A stretch of DNA of 64,000 nt from Candidatus Micrarchaeota archaeon (GCA_038046765.1 JBBSVN010000003.1:1-64000), one strand, 5' to 3'; positions 50,971 to 61,661 are shown, counted from the first letter of the stretch. Notes: generated by a model from the sequence alone, not told the origin. Numbers and translations are program-made.

Positions 50971-53790
50971 TTATTTTCTCAACACCTTCTCTAAGTAAAA
51001 TCCAGTATGCGTTCCTGCTTTTGCAATATCTTCCGGCGTACCTTCTGCAACAACTTTTCCTCCCATATCTCCGCCTTCAGGACCTAAATCGATAATCCAA
51101 TCCGCGCTTTTTAATACATCAAGATTATGTTCGATAACTACAATGCTGTTTCCCTTATCAACTAGTCTCTGTAATACGGTTAATAACTTATTAACATCGT
51201 CAAAGTGTAATCCAGTGGTTGGTTCATCAAGTAAATACATTGTGTTTCCTATTCCACGCTTAGATAATTCTGTTGCTAATTTCACACGCTGCGCTTCCCC
51301 GCCTGATAAAGTTGTTGCGCTTTGACCTAATTTTATATAACCTAATCCAACATCCTTAATCGTTTGAAGTTTGTTGTTTATTGATGTAATATTTTGGAAA
51401 AATTCTTGTGCTTCATCAACACTCATTCCTAAAATTTCTGAGATATTTTTACCCTTATAAGTCACTTCCAACGTTTGCGAGTTATACCTTTTACCTTTAC
51501 AAACTTCGCACATTACATAAACATCAGCTAAAAAATGCATTTCAATTTTTATCATTCCATCTCCTTCACAGCTATCGCATCTTCCTTCTGCTACGTTAAA
51601 TGAAAACCTTCCGGGCGAATAACCGCGCGTTTTAGATTCAGGAGTGTTCGCAAATAAATCTCGAATTGGAGTAAATAAACCAACATAAGTAGCTGGATTG
51701 GATCGTGGTGTTCGGCCAATTGGGGATTGATCGACTTGAATTATTTTATCTAAGTGTTGCATTCCCTTTACATTTTTGTGTTTTCCTTCCCTTAATTTAG
51801 TTCCATTTAATGCAAATGATAACCTGGGATACACGATATTATTTATCAAAGAGGATTTACCAGAACCAGATACTCCGCTTATACAAACAAAAATACCTAG
51901 TGGTATATTCACATCAATATTCTTGAGGTTATTCTCACTAGCTCCTATTATTTCAAGCATTTCTTTAGGCTTTCTTCTTTCCTTAGGTTTAGGTATTGAT
52001 TTTTTACCTGATAGATAAAGTCCGGTTATTGATTTTTCATTATTCATTATATCTTTTGCAGTTCCTTCTGCTACAACTTCCCCTCCTTTAATTCCAGCAT
52101 ACGGACCCATATCTATAATATGATCTGCTTCAAACATTGTTTCTTCATCGTGTTCAACAACTACTAAAGTGTTTCCTAAATCTCGAAGTCTTTTTAGTGT
52201 TCCAAGTAGCTTCGAATTATCTCTTTGATGTAATCCAATCGATGGTTCATCTAAAACATAGACAATTCCTGTTAAATTCGCTCCAATTTGTGTTGCTAGT
52301 CTTATTCTTTGTGATTCTCCACCTGATAGCGTTGCACTTTCGCGTGAAACTGTCAAATAGTTTAATCCTACATTTTCCAAGAACTCTAGCCTTGAATTAA
52401 TTTCTTTTAAAATTGGAGTTGCAACCTTTAGTTCGCTTCCAACTAGCTTTAATTTTACAACAAAATCTCTTGCTAAATTTATCGGCATGTCACAAATTTC
52501 CATTATATTTTTGTTTCCGATTAAAACCGAAAGCATTTCATCTTTAAGTCTTTTACCCTTACATTTAGGGCAAGTTTCTTCTCTCATATATTTGGCAATT
52601 TCTTCTTTTCTGCCCTCTGATTCCGTTTGATGGTATAGCCTTTGTAATTGGGGGATAATTCCTTCAAAATTTCTTTCATATTCGTAAGTAGAACCCCGCT
52701 TACTCTCATACCTAAATTGCATTTTATCTTTAGTTCCATACATTATTATATTTAATTTCTCCTCTGGTATTTTAGCAATTGGTTCATCAATTTCAATTCC
52801 AGAATTTATTGCTACTTCGCGAATTTGTTGTAATCTCCAGCCTGCTTCCATTAATCTTCCATAACAAACTATTGCTCCATCAATTATTGATTTTGTTTTA
52901 TCAGGAATTATTAAATCAACATCAAACTCCATCTTAAATCCTAACCCATGGCATTCCTGACACGCTCCAAACGGAGAATTGAATGAAAAATCTCTTGGTT
53001 GGATTTCACCTAAAGAAATTCCATGTTCTGGGCAGGCGTTTTTCTTTGAATATATTTTTTCTGTTCCTCCAATTTTTGCAATCATGACTCCGTTTCCTTC
53101 TTTTAATGCTGATTCTATCGCTTCATGGAGCCTTTCTTTATTTTCAAGTTTGAGCGTTATTTTATCAATAATTGCAGAAATGTTTTGCTTTTTGTTCTTA
53201 TCTAAATCGTTAGGCATTTCTTGTTCTATACTAATTAATTCTCCATTAACATAAACATTGTAAAGACCGGTTTTCTTTAGTTTTTCAAATTCTTTTTCAA
53301 AACGCCCTTTTTCTCCCCTAGCAATTGGCGCAAGTATTTCAATTTTTTCATCAAGTTTTACGCTAGAAAAAAGATTTTCTGCAATTTCATCTGGTCCTTG
53401 CTTAGAAATTTGTTTTTTACATATTGGGCAGTGCGGAATACCGACACGCGCATAAAGTAATCTTAAATAATCATAAATTTCAGTAACTGTTCCAACTGTT
53501 GAACGAGGATTTCGAGAGGTTGTTTTCTGGTCTATTGAAATCGCTGGAGAAAGCCCTTCAATGCTATCAACATCTGGTTTGTTCATTATTCCTAAAAATT
53601 GCCTAGCATATGGAGAAAGAGATTCAACATACCTGCGTTGTCCTTCAGCGTATAAAGTATCAAAAGCTAAAGTTGATTTGCCTGAACCAGATAATCCTGT
53701 AATAACAGTAATCTTGTCACGTGGAATTTCTACACTTACGTTTTTGAGATTGTGCTCTCGTGCGCCTTTAATTATGATTTTGTCTTGGAT
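50971..53790 (-). CDS. uvrA: excinuclease ABC subunit A (probable ATC start at 53790)
   Basis: Frame extends upstream of the track ORF through [10 protein letters not shown] and [15 protein letters not shown] signatures and Zn fingers. Confidence 0.97.
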   Translation of the reverse strand: MQDKIIIKGAREHNLKNVSVEIPRDKITVITGLSGSGKSTLAFDTLYAEGQRRYVESLSPYARQFLGIMNKPDVDSIEGLSPAISIDQKTTSRNPRSTVGTVTEIYDYLRLLYARVGIPHCPICKKQISKQGPDEIAENLFSSVKLDEKIEILAPIARGEKGRFEKEFEKLKKTGLYNVYVNGELISIEQEMPNDLDKNKKQNISAIIDKITLKLENKERLHEAIESALKEGNGVMIAKIGGTEKIYSKKNACPEHGISLGEIQPRDFSFNSPFGACQECHGLGFKMEFDVDLIIPDKTKSIIDGAIVCYGRLMEAGWRLQQIREVAINSGIEIDEPIAKIPEEKLNIIMYGTKDKMQFRYESKRGSTYEYERNFEGIIPQLQRLYHQTESEGRKEEIAKYMREETCPKCKGKRLKDEMLSVLIGNKNIMEICDMPINLARDFVVKLKLVGSELKVATPILKEINSRLEFLENVGLNYLTVSRESATLSGGESQRIRLATQIGANLTGIVYVLDEPSIGLHQRDNSKLLGTLKRLRDLGNTLVVVEHDEETMFEADHIIDMGPYAGIKGGEVVAEGTAKDIMNNEKSITGLYLSGKKSIPKPKERRKPKEMLEIIGASENNLKNIDVNIPLGIFVCISGVSGSGKSSLINNIVYPRLSFALNGTKLREGKHKNVKGMQHLDKIIQVDQSPIGRTPRSNPATYVGLFTPIRDLFANTPESKTRGYSPGRFSFNVAEGRCDSCEGDGMIKIEMHFLADVYVMCEVCKGKRYNSQTLEVTYKGKNISEILGMSVDEAQEFFQNITSINNKLQTIKDVGLGYIKLGQSATTLSGGEAQRVKLATELSKRGIGNTMYLLDEPTTGLHFDDVNKLLTVLQRLVDKGNSIVVIEHNLDVLKSADWIIDLGPEGGDMGGKVVAEGTPEDIAKAGTHTGFYLEKVLRK

Positions 53791-53819
53791 GGTTTCACCT
53801 AAGTTACTTATGTTTTACT

Positions 53820-53933
53820 TATTGACTTAAGCCTCGCTAGTCTTGCGTAATTCTTTAAGACGCGATTCGCGATGCATTTTCAACACGAAGCGTGTTGGAA
53901 AGCTAGTGAACGAAGTTCACTGGATATTGACTT
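53820..53933. repeat. 96-bp hairpin element flanked by 9-bp direct repeats TATTGACTT
   Basis: Direct repeats at 53820-53828 and 53925-53933; hairpins CAACACG-AAG-CGTGTTG and AGTGAAC-GAA-GTTCACT. Confidence 0.65.
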
Positions 53934-54025
53934 TAGCATTTCTTATTTCAATATATGTAGGTCAATTAAGGTATTTATAAGGTTTTATTTTATTAGTTGT
54001 TTTTATTTTTATTACTTTGCCAGAA

Positions 54026-54595
54026 TTAGGATTTTATATGTAAAACTTGTTCTATCTTAGAAACTCTTTGTCTAAGTTCAAGCATCTGCTCAGACATTGT
54101 CTGGTCAATCTTTTCTAATCTTTTGTGGTTACCTGCAAAACCATGTTCAAGTTTTTCATCTATACTTTCTAGTTTTTCATTGGTTTTATCCAACTTATTA
54201 TTCACATCAGAAAACCCTTCTTTATTCTCTGTTCTTGCCTCTCTCATTTCTCTAGTCAAATTATCTAAATGAGCTGCTGCAACATCTAATCTTTCTGCAT
54301 TTTCTTCTTCATAAGAACCACGCAGAACTTCAAACTTTACAAATTCTGGTTGTTCAACTTCCTGTTTTGTAATCTGTTCAACATTAACCAGTTCTGTTCT
54401 GATATTAATTTTTTTAAGAAATTCTTCAGTAACTAGTCTGTCCTTATGTTGAATGATAATTTCTACAGATTCATCAGCATCTGCTAGGTTTTTTACAGTT
54501 CCTTTTATTTTTAATTGCCTAGCTACCCTTTCTACGAATGCACGATAGCCGACTCTCTGGACAATTCCCTTTACTAAAAGCTTAAGCGTTCGCAT
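54026..54595 (-). CDS. acylphosphatase with C-terminal coiled-coil
   Basis: GIVQRVGYR, GTVKNL, then heptad-like tail. Confidence 0.88.
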   Translation of the reverse strand: MRTLKLLVKGIVQRVGYRAFVERVARQLKIKGTVKNLADADESVEIIIQHKDRLVTEEFLKKINIRTELVNVEQITKQEVEQPEFVKFEVLRGSYEEENAERLDVAAAHLDNLTREMREARTENKEGFSDVNNKLDKTNEKLESIDEKLEHGFAGNHKRLEKIDQTMSEQMLELRQRVSKIEQVLHIKS

Positions 54596-54697
54596 AATAA
54601 TCGTAAGTTAATTAACTACTTAGCTTATATAAAAAGATTCCTATAATTCGTCAATAAACGTAATTCTGATTATGGCAAGTCAAGAAGTCTTATTGCG

Positions 54698-55216
54698 TTA
54701 CTTTACTAGAATTATCTTTTTCTCGAAAAAATTACTCTCCAAGTTCCCGGTAATTCTTTTTCCAACTATTTCATATCCATTTTTTAAATAAAATTCATTT
54801 AATTTTACATAATACGATACGGCATCAAAGCGAATATAATAAATTCCCATCTCCCTGGCTTTTTGCTCAGCAAACTTTAAGAGTTCTGTTGCTACTCCCT
54901 TGTCTTGGTATTTTGGCAGTACTGCTAAAGCAGAAACATAAATTGCAGAAGCAATTTCATCGTTCCAAAACTTTTTGTCATTTTCATTATAATAAAAAGG
55001 AGCGAAAAGACTAAGCGTAATTGTTCCAACCGCTAAATGTTCATAATAAGCGATATAAACTTCTTTTTCTTCTATTCTCTTTATTACTTTTTCTTTTGTG
55101 TGTCCACCTTTCCAATGATTCATTGCTTGTTCGGCTAACCAATCTGTACAAGTCGATAAGATATCAAAAATCGCTTTCCAATCGGTTGATCCAGCTTTTT
55201 TGATAAAATAGGTCAT
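54698..55216 (-). CDS. GNAT acetyltransferase
   Basis: LAVLPKYQDKGVA, LNEFYLKNGY. Confidence 0.9.
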   Translation of the reverse strand: MTYFIKKAGSTDWKAIFDILSTCTDWLAEQAMNHWKGGHTKEKVIKRIEEKEVYIAYYEHLAVGTITLSLFAPFYYNENDKKFWNDEIASAIYVSALAVLPKYQDKGVATELLKFAEQKAREMGIYYIRFDAVSYYVKLNEFYLKNGYEIVGKRITGNLESNFFEKKIILVK

Positions 55217-55230
55217 GTGTCCTTCGCCCT

Positions 55231-57153
55231 TTATTTCTTGAGTTCCCGAATCTTATCTCTTATTGCAATCGCTCGCTCAAAGTCCAGCCTTTCAGCTGCA
55301 CTTTTCATTTCCTCTTCAAATATTTGAATCATTTGTTCTCGCTGTTTTGCATTCATTGACTTAGGAATTGCTGCTTCGATCTCCGCGTCATCCAAGTCCT
55401 TGGGAATCGGTTTAATTATCGTTTTAGGAGTTATGCTGTATTTAGTGTTAAATTCTATTTGCTTAGTTCTCCTTCGTTCGGTTTCTGCAATGGCCTGCTT
55501 CATCGCGTCTGATTTTGAATCAGCATACATTATTACCTTTCCATTAGCATTTCTCGCTGCTCGTCCAATCGTTTGAACTAGTGATTGTGTTGAACGCAAG
55601 AATCCCGTTTTATCAGCATCAAGAATTGCAACTAATGAAACCTCTGGAATATCTAATCCTTCTCTAAGTAAATTAATCCCGACTAGTGCGTCAAATTTCT
55701 TAGCTCGCAGTGCCCGAATTAGTTTGGTTCGCTCCAGCGTTTCAATCTCAGAGTGTAAATAACGCACATTCGCGCCTTTTTCATGCAAATATGCAGATAA
55801 ATCTTCGGACATTCTTTTAGTTAACGTAGTAATAAGAGTTCGTTCATTTCGTTTGGCTCGTTCTTTCACTTCATTTAGTAAATCATCAATCTGCCCTTTA
55901 GTTGACCTAATTTCTATCTCCGGATCGATTAAACCTGTTGGTCTGACAATCTGTTCAACTATCTGCTTAGAATTCTTTAATTCGTATTCGCTAGGAGTTG
56001 CTGAAACAAAGATTACGTTTTCCATAAATTTTTCAAACTCTTCAAACTTTAGCGGTCTATTATCAAATGCACAAGGAAGCCTAAATCCATTTTCAACTAA
56101 TGCTTTCTTTCTAGTGTAATCTCCGCTATACATTGCATGTAATTGCGGAAGTGTTACATGTGATTCATCAATAAATATCTGGAAATCTTTTCCAAAGTAG
56201 TCTAGTAAACAATAAGGTCTGGTCCCAGCCATCCTGCCATCAAAATGTCTTGAATAACTCTCTATTCCCGAGCAGTATCCTAGTTCACGAATCATTTCTA
56301 AATCATACTTTGTTCGTTGCTCTAATCTCTGGCGTTCAAGTGGTTTTAACGTTGGAGCGTATTCTAAGAGTTCTGCTTCAATTGCTTTTAGTGCCTTTTC
56401 TTTTTCTTCATCTGAAATAACAAAGTGTTTAGCTGGTAAAAGTAAATAGTTTGAAACATTATTTTTTCGTCCAGTAATAACATCAAAGAATTCGATTGCG
56501 TTTATTTTTTCATCTTCAAATACTATTCTTACGGCATTATCAGAAAAAGGAGGTAATACTTCAAGTACGTCTCCCCTAAATCTAAATGAACCCTTACCTA
56601 GCACTGAATCGTTGCGTTCGTACTGCATTTTAACTAAGTTATACATCAATTCCTTTCTCTTAAAATTCATTCCAAGTTTAAAGTCAATTCCCAAACTTTC
56701 ATAAGTTCCAGGGTTTCCTAAACCATAAATACATGATACAGATGCAACGATTACTGTTGGTGCTTTAGAAAGCAGATAAGATGTTGCCTGAAGTCTAAAT
56801 TCTTCTATTTTTTCGTTTATCTGTGATTCCTTTTCCAAGTAAGTGTCTGTCTGGACAATATAACTTTCAGGCTGATAATAATCATAGTAAGAAATAAAGT
56901 AGCCTACTTTGTCTCGAGGGAAAAACTGCTGAAATTCTGCGTAAAGTTGAGCTGCTAAAGTTTTATTATGTGAAATTACAATTGCCGGTTTATTTAATTT
57001 AGCAATTACATTCGCCATTGTAAAAGTTTTTCCAGAACCAGTAACTCCTAGAAGTGTTTGCATTCCTGGTTTTTGTGCTCCTCTAAAGAGTTTTTCAATT
57101 GCCTGGGGCTGATCACCCGCTGGAGCGTAAGAAGATTCTAAGGAAAAATTCAT
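55231..57153 (-). CDS. uvrB: excinuclease ABC subunit B
   Basis: GVTGSGKT, YYDYYQPE, DESHVT, GRAARN, C-terminal UVR domain. Confidence 0.98.
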   Translation of the reverse strand: MNFSLESSYAPAGDQPQAIEKLFRGAQKPGMQTLLGVTGSGKTFTMANVIAKLNKPAIVISHNKTLAAQLYAEFQQFFPRDKVGYFISYYDYYQPESYIVQTDTYLEKESQINEKIEEFRLQATSYLLSKAPTVIVASVSCIYGLGNPGTYESLGIDFKLGMNFKRKELMYNLVKMQYERNDSVLGKGSFRFRGDVLEVLPPFSDNAVRIVFEDEKINAIEFFDVITGRKNNVSNYLLLPAKHFVISDEEKEKALKAIEAELLEYAPTLKPLERQRLEQRTKYDLEMIRELGYCSGIESYSRHFDGRMAGTRPYCLLDYFGKDFQIFIDESHVTLPQLHAMYSGDYTRKKALVENGFRLPCAFDNRPLKFEEFEKFMENVIFVSATPSEYELKNSKQIVEQIVRPTGLIDPEIEIRSTKGQIDDLLNEVKERAKRNERTLITTLTKRMSEDLSAYLHEKGANVRYLHSEIETLERTKLIRALRAKKFDALVGINLLREGLDIPEVSLVAILDADKTGFLRSTQSLVQTIGRAARNANGKVIMYADSKSDAMKQAIAETERRRTKQIEFNTKYSITPKTIIKPIPKDLDDAEIEAAIPKSMNAKQREQMIQIFEEEMKSAAERLDFERAIAIRDKIRELKK

Positions 57154-57185
57154 AGAACATTATTAACAAATGATAAATAAAAAGA

Positions 57186-57731
57186 TTAGCTTATATCTAG
57201 TCCATAATTTTCCAAGCAATCTAATATTTGATTTTTAATGTCGTCATTTTCTTTTCTTTCTAATATATTTGTGTAATTTCCCTTTTCGAGTGCTTTGCTA
57301 AATAATTCTTTATAAATATAAAATGTACCATTTAATTTGTCTTTGTTTTTAAAAATATATTCAAATATAAAATAAATTCCTTTAAATTCTAATCTATTTT
57401 TATAAAATATAATCTTTCTTATAAATTTAAAATCTTCGGTAAGTATGTTGCCATTACTTTCTGATGCGTGATATAAACAGGCTTTTTCTCCTTTACCTGC
57501 ATTTACTTTTTTACATATATCCAGAAATTTTTCATCTGGTTTATTTTTAATTTGGGATATTATTAAATCCTTCAAAATATGCTCGACTTCTTTGTAATTT
57601 TTTAGTTCTTCTTTTACTTCCTGTGGGATCTGTACTTCTTTAAAATGGCTAAAAAAATTGTGTGCTTCTAAATCAATTAAAAGTCTAATCGCACAAGTAT
57701 CGATATAAGTTTTATCTACCATGTTTATCAT
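57186..57731 (-). CDS. PIN-domain protein
   Basis: YIDT, IPQEVKEEL, GKGEKACL, ILTED. Confidence 0.72.
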   Translation of the reverse strand: MINMVDKTYIDTCAIRLLIDLEAHNFFSHFKEVQIPQEVKEELKNYKEVEHILKDLIISQIKNKPDEKFLDICKKVNAGKGEKACLYHASESNGNILTEDFKFIRKIIFYKNRLEFKGIYFIFEYIFKNKDKLNGTFYIYKELFSKALEKGNYTNILERKENDDIKNQILDCLENYGLDIS

Positions 57732-58059
57732 TCTTATATTTTTTCCTTGAACTAATAAATTTGTTTACTGCTTTTTTTATATTTGTAAATTTTATTAAAA
57801 ATACATATGTTAAAAATGCCAAAAAATAAGCATCATAGCTTATTTTCATTTCTGCTGCTTCTTTTTCCATTTTTTTTACAAGGAATACTGGCAGCTTAAA
57901 GTTATGTGTTTTAGTTAAAGGTCTGTCTGTTTCTCTGATCATTGTTATATTTTCTGTCATTGGTACTCTGTGTTCGTAATCTTGCTTTATCTCTAAATCT
58001 TTACTCTGATCTTTTGTATATATTTCCCTTTCAGAAAAGTAATTATTCATATTTCTCAC
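57712..58059 (-). CDS. hypothetical protein, possible ribbon-helix-helix
   Basis: THNFKLPVFLVKKMEKEAAEMKIS resembles RHH; overlaps both neighbours. Confidence 0.6.
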   Translation of the reverse strand: MRNMNNYFSEREIYTKDQSKDLEIKQDYEHRVPMTENITMIRETDRPLTKTHNFKLPVFLVKKMEKEAAEMKISYDAYFLAFLTYVFLIKFTNIKKAVNKFISSRKKYKNDKHGR

Positions 58060-58627
58060 TCTCTAATTTTTCTCTGACATCTTCTAATTCTTTTATTAGT
58101 TCCTTTAATCTTTCGATGCCTATTTCAAAATCTATATTTTTTCTTATATGCCTATCTTGAGCGTCAATTACGTTGAATTTTAAGTATGCTAACATAGCTA
58201 TTTTCTTTTTTTCAAATCGACTATCATTATTCCTAGTATTTATTGACCACATAAATTCATCTAATATAGATGTCGAAACGTAAGCTCCTTCTTCATATCT
58301 ATTTTTTAATTTTAGTTTTTCTATCAATTCTTTTATTATTAACTGATACTCATCCGTTTTTTTTGTTTCTTTTATTATTGCACTAAAATCCTCTTTGTTA
58401 TCTTTAATTAGTATTGGCGCTACGGTTCCGATTATATATGGGGCATATTTATCTAATTCATCTATGTTTAGACCAAGTTCCTTGATCGTTAATCTGTTTA
58501 TTACTAAGCTTACTCCGAAAGGTGCGTATTTAATTTTAATTCCATTTTTTTCTCCTAGTTTTATCAAGTTCCCAACAATTTTTTTCAAATCAGTTATTTC
58601 ATCCAAGTTTTTTATTGATTCTGCCAT
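58043..58627 (-). CDS. hypothetical protein
   Basis: 194-aa ORF with AGGTG RBS; first of three overlapping genes. Confidence 0.72.
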   Translation of the reverse strand: MAESIKNLDEITDLKKIVGNLIKLGEKNGIKIKYAPFGVSLVINRLTIKELGLNIDELDKYAPYIIGTVAPILIKDNKEDFSAIIKETKKTDEYQLIIKELIEKLKLKNRYEEGAYVSTSILDEFMWSINTRNNDSRFEKKKIAMLAYLKFNVIDAQDRHIRKNIDFEIGIERLKELIKELEDVREKLESEKYE

Positions 58628-58953
58628 TTACACACCTTGCTATAACATTCCTTAGTCTATAAATCTAACAATATGTTATATTTATATTATTACTTGTCAT
58701 AAATCTTAAAATATCTGTTTAATCCTTAATCATCCTAAATACTATATTTGTTCATTTATTATATAACTTTGTGTCCTTCTTTTGTTAACTCCTTTCAAGT
58801 CATAAAATTATAAAAAACGAAAAGAAGTGACATATATTTAAAAACGTATTCCGACACATTAGTTGTGTAATTCATTTGTCTTTAGTGTAATTTTTCTAAA
58901 AAATAAAAAAAAATTAAACAAACAAAAATACAAATTAACTTAGAGGTAATGCT

Positions 58954-60351
58954 ATGCAAACTGAACACGCACCATTTGTACTAAGAGATGGGGAATTGAT
59001 CCCACCAAACGCGAATACTCTGAATCTTTCAAGTCCTACTGCTAATTATGGTGTAATCTGTATAGATGGGATGATTGCTACTATTAAAATTGTTGACGAT
59101 AAAATTTATCTTGTTTTTCCTGATTTTGGGGCTCATCTAGCAAGGCATATTTTAAACAGTTCTAGATCGGTTAGAAATGTCGATGACGAAGATTTAATTA
59201 GTTTAGATCGGGCGATAAACCTAGGTCGGTCTTATGAATCTCACCCTTCTTTAAAACTAACTCTTGAAAAGGGAAAACAACTTGATTTTCAAATATATAT
59301 GGAAAAATTTGTAAACTTATTTTTCCGATTAATTTCAGAAGGATTTGGTCAATCTAATTATATTCGTCCAATAGTAGTTCTATCAAATTCCCGTATGGAT
59401 GATGAGACAATCCCTAATGATTGTGCAATTGATGCTTCATTATACAAAGCAAATTATTCAGTTATTCCGATGTATTGGCCAGCAATACTTGGCCCCAGAC
59501 ATCCATCTTTCCCTGGTTATTCTCTTCTTGTCCCTCAAAACTATTTAGCACCAGCTCCAGATACTTCAAAAATTCAATTTAAAGCTGGTTCTACCTATGA
59601 CCCAACTAGAAATCCTGGTGTAGCAGAAAAAAATAGGCATAACGGATTGTTCGGATCAGGCAAATCTTATCTTGCAAACGATATTGTTCTAATGGATTAT
59701 ACAAGAACTCGTTTGTCGGAAGGAAGCGGGTCTAATTTAGTTTTTGTTTCTCCAAGCGGAACGTTCTTTAGTCCAAAAATTGACGGAACTGTTTTTCCTG
59801 GTCTAACACAGAAATTTGTACATCAGGATTTAGTTCAAGGTGAAGTAGGCCAAACCTTCGGATGGAAATCAGAATATCGAGATATTTATTTATCTGAATT
59901 AGCCGAGCTTTCAAAAACAGGTCATGAACTATTTTTAACTGGAAGTGCTGCTGGAATTATTCCCGTTAGAAAAATTATTCTGCCAAAAGTCAAGAATCCA
60001 ACTTCTAAAGATGACCTCGGTATGTTTGATTTTAAATCTGGAAGAGAAACTTTAACTGCAATCGTACGTGATGCTTATCAATCTTTTAGCATAGGTGAAG
60101 CGTGCGATATTCAACATGCTGGAAAGAAAGTTCGGATGACTGGATTTGAGTCTGTTCCATTAATGATCGAGCTCCCTCCAGAAGTTGCTCAAAGAACTTT
60201 GGAAAAATTAACTCATTTTAGCCCTAACTTCGAACCAGTTTCGCGTCCACTAGATCAAATAATGCGAAGCGGAAGAGTAACTCAAATTAATTCTTTAGCT
60301 AGAAATCGTGTCGAAACAGTTTCTGGAAGAAGACAAGCAGCGTTAAGGTAA
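58954..60351 (+). CDS. divergent fold-type IV PLP enzyme (branched-chain aminotransferase-like)
   Basis: NYGVICIDG, FKAGSTY (catalytic Lys), SEGSGSN, FPGLTQ, LFLTGSAAGIIPV. Confidence 0.8.
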   Translation: MQTEHAPFVLRDGELIPPNANTLNLSSPTANYGVICIDGMIATIKIVDDKIYLVFPDFGAHLARHILNSSRSVRNVDDEDLISLDRAINLGRSYESHPSLKLTLEKGKQLDFQIYMEKFVNLFFRLISEGFGQSNYIRPIVVLSNSRMDDETIPNDCAIDASLYKANYSVIPMYWPAILGPRHPSFPGYSLLVPQNYLAPAPDTSKIQFKAGSTYDPTRNPGVAEKNRHNGLFGSGKSYLANDIVLMDYTRTRLSEGSGSNLVFVSPSGTFFSPKIDGTVFPGLTQKFVHQDLVQGEVGQTFGWKSEYRDIYLSELAELSKTGHELFLTGSAAGIIPVRKIILPKVKNPTSKDDLGMFDFKSGRETLTAIVRDAYQSFSIGEACDIQHAGKKVRMTGFESVPLMIELPPEVAQRTLEKLTHFSPNFEPVSRPLDQIMRSGRVTQINSLARNRVETVSGRRQAALR

Positions 60352-60352
60352 A

Positions 60353-60778
60353 TTAAGCCTCAATTTTATTCTTAATTTCTTTAGCAAACTTTGATCTAAT
60401 TTCAATTCCAGGATCGGGATCCCGGTTCCATTCTATTTTTACTTTATCATCCTTAAAACTTGGAATTATGTATATTTTATAATGAGCTACGAGATTATAT
60501 CCTTCTTTAGAAATATCATCATCTGATAAATGCGTTATTGCGACGGGATTACAAGCTTTCCGAACTGCTTTTGAAATATTCTTTGTAACAATAAAAAGAT
60601 GCGATGCAAGCGTGTCTGGTAAATCTATAAAATTCTCATAATGTTTCTTTGGAATAACAAGAACATGGTATTTGTTAATTGGACTTTGGCTTATTACAGC
60701 ATAACAAATATTATCATGGTAAATAATCGCTTCTTCATCCTTATATTTACAAAACACGCAAGTTTTTTGTTTAGTCAT
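60353..60778 (-). CDS. HIT-family protein with degenerate triad
   Basis: CVFC, PINKYHVLVIPKKH, VAHYKIYIIP. Confidence 0.85.
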   Translation of the reverse strand: MTKQKTCVFCKYKDEEAIIYHDNICYAVISQSPINKYHVLVIPKKHYENFIDLPDTLASHLFIVTKNISKAVRKACNPVAITHLSDDDISKEGYNLVAHYKIYIIPSFKDDKVKIEWNRDPDPGIEIRSKFAKEIKNKIEA

Positions 60779-61661
60779 TCAGCATCATCTTAACAATAGC
60801 CTTCTGCGTATATAATCTATTTTTAGCTTGCTGCCAGATTACGCTGTTTTTACTATCAAGTATTTTTTCAGAAACCTCCATCCCACGAAATGCTGGTAAG
60901 GGGTGCATTAAAACAACATCTTTTGGTGCCTTACTTAGCATTTCTTCATTAACTTGATAACTTAGAAAATCCTTCATTCTTTTAGTGGATTCTTCTTCCA
61001 TTGTTTCTTTTATCCAAGGTGAAACATAAATTATGTTTGCACCGTTTAATGCTTTTGAAATGTCATTTGTAATTTCAATTATTGCGTGTTTTTTAGCTTC
61101 TGTCAAATACTTTGCATTTGGTTCATAGTTTAGCGGGCTAAGGAACGTAAAATTCAGTCCCAATTTCGTAGCTCCAATTAGTAATGAATTAGCAACATTG
61201 CTTGTCGGTTCACCGATAAAAACAATCTTGTTTCCTTTTTTTAATTTTCCTAATGATTTTAGTGTGTATAAATCTCCTAGAGCCTGACAAGGATGTTCAA
61301 CATCGCTTCCAGCATTTATTATTGGAATTTTAGATTCTTTACTTAGTTCAGCAAGCATATCATGCGGAGTTAACCTTGCAATTACTAATGAAGCGTATTG
61401 TTCCAAAGCTTTTGCTGCATCTTTTAGTTTTTCTCCACGAACTAACTGCGTAAAACCATAATCTAGATGAATGAATCCGATTCCGCTTTCTTCTAATGCT
61501 GCTGCAAATGATACAAGCGTCCTAGTAGATGGACGGTTAAACAATAGTGCAGCGAGTTTTCCCTGCCTTTCTAATTTTTTATCTTTTAGTTCATCTGCGA
61601 GCGTGAATATTTTTTCTATTTGATTTTTATCTAAATCTAACATTGAAATTAATGATTTCAT
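60771..61661 (-). CDS. carbamoyltransferase (OTC/ATCase superfamily)
   Basis: PSTRT, RGE, INAG..HPCQAL, MHPLPAFRG.EV, QAKNR. Confidence 0.9.
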   Translation of the reverse strand: MKSLISMLDLDKNQIEKIFTLADELKDKKLERQGKLAALLFNRPSTRTLVSFAAALEESGIGFIHLDYGFTQLVRGEKLKDAAKALEQYASLVIARLTPHDMLAELSKESKIPIINAGSDVEHPCQALGDLYTLKSLGKLKKGNKIVFIGEPTSNVANSLLIGATKLGLNFTFLSPLNYEPNAKYLTEAKKHAIIEITNDISKALNGANIIYVSPWIKETMEEESTKRMKDFLSYQVNEEMLSKAPKDVVLMHPLPAFRGMEVSEKILDSKNSVIWQQAKNRLYTQKAIVKMMLND

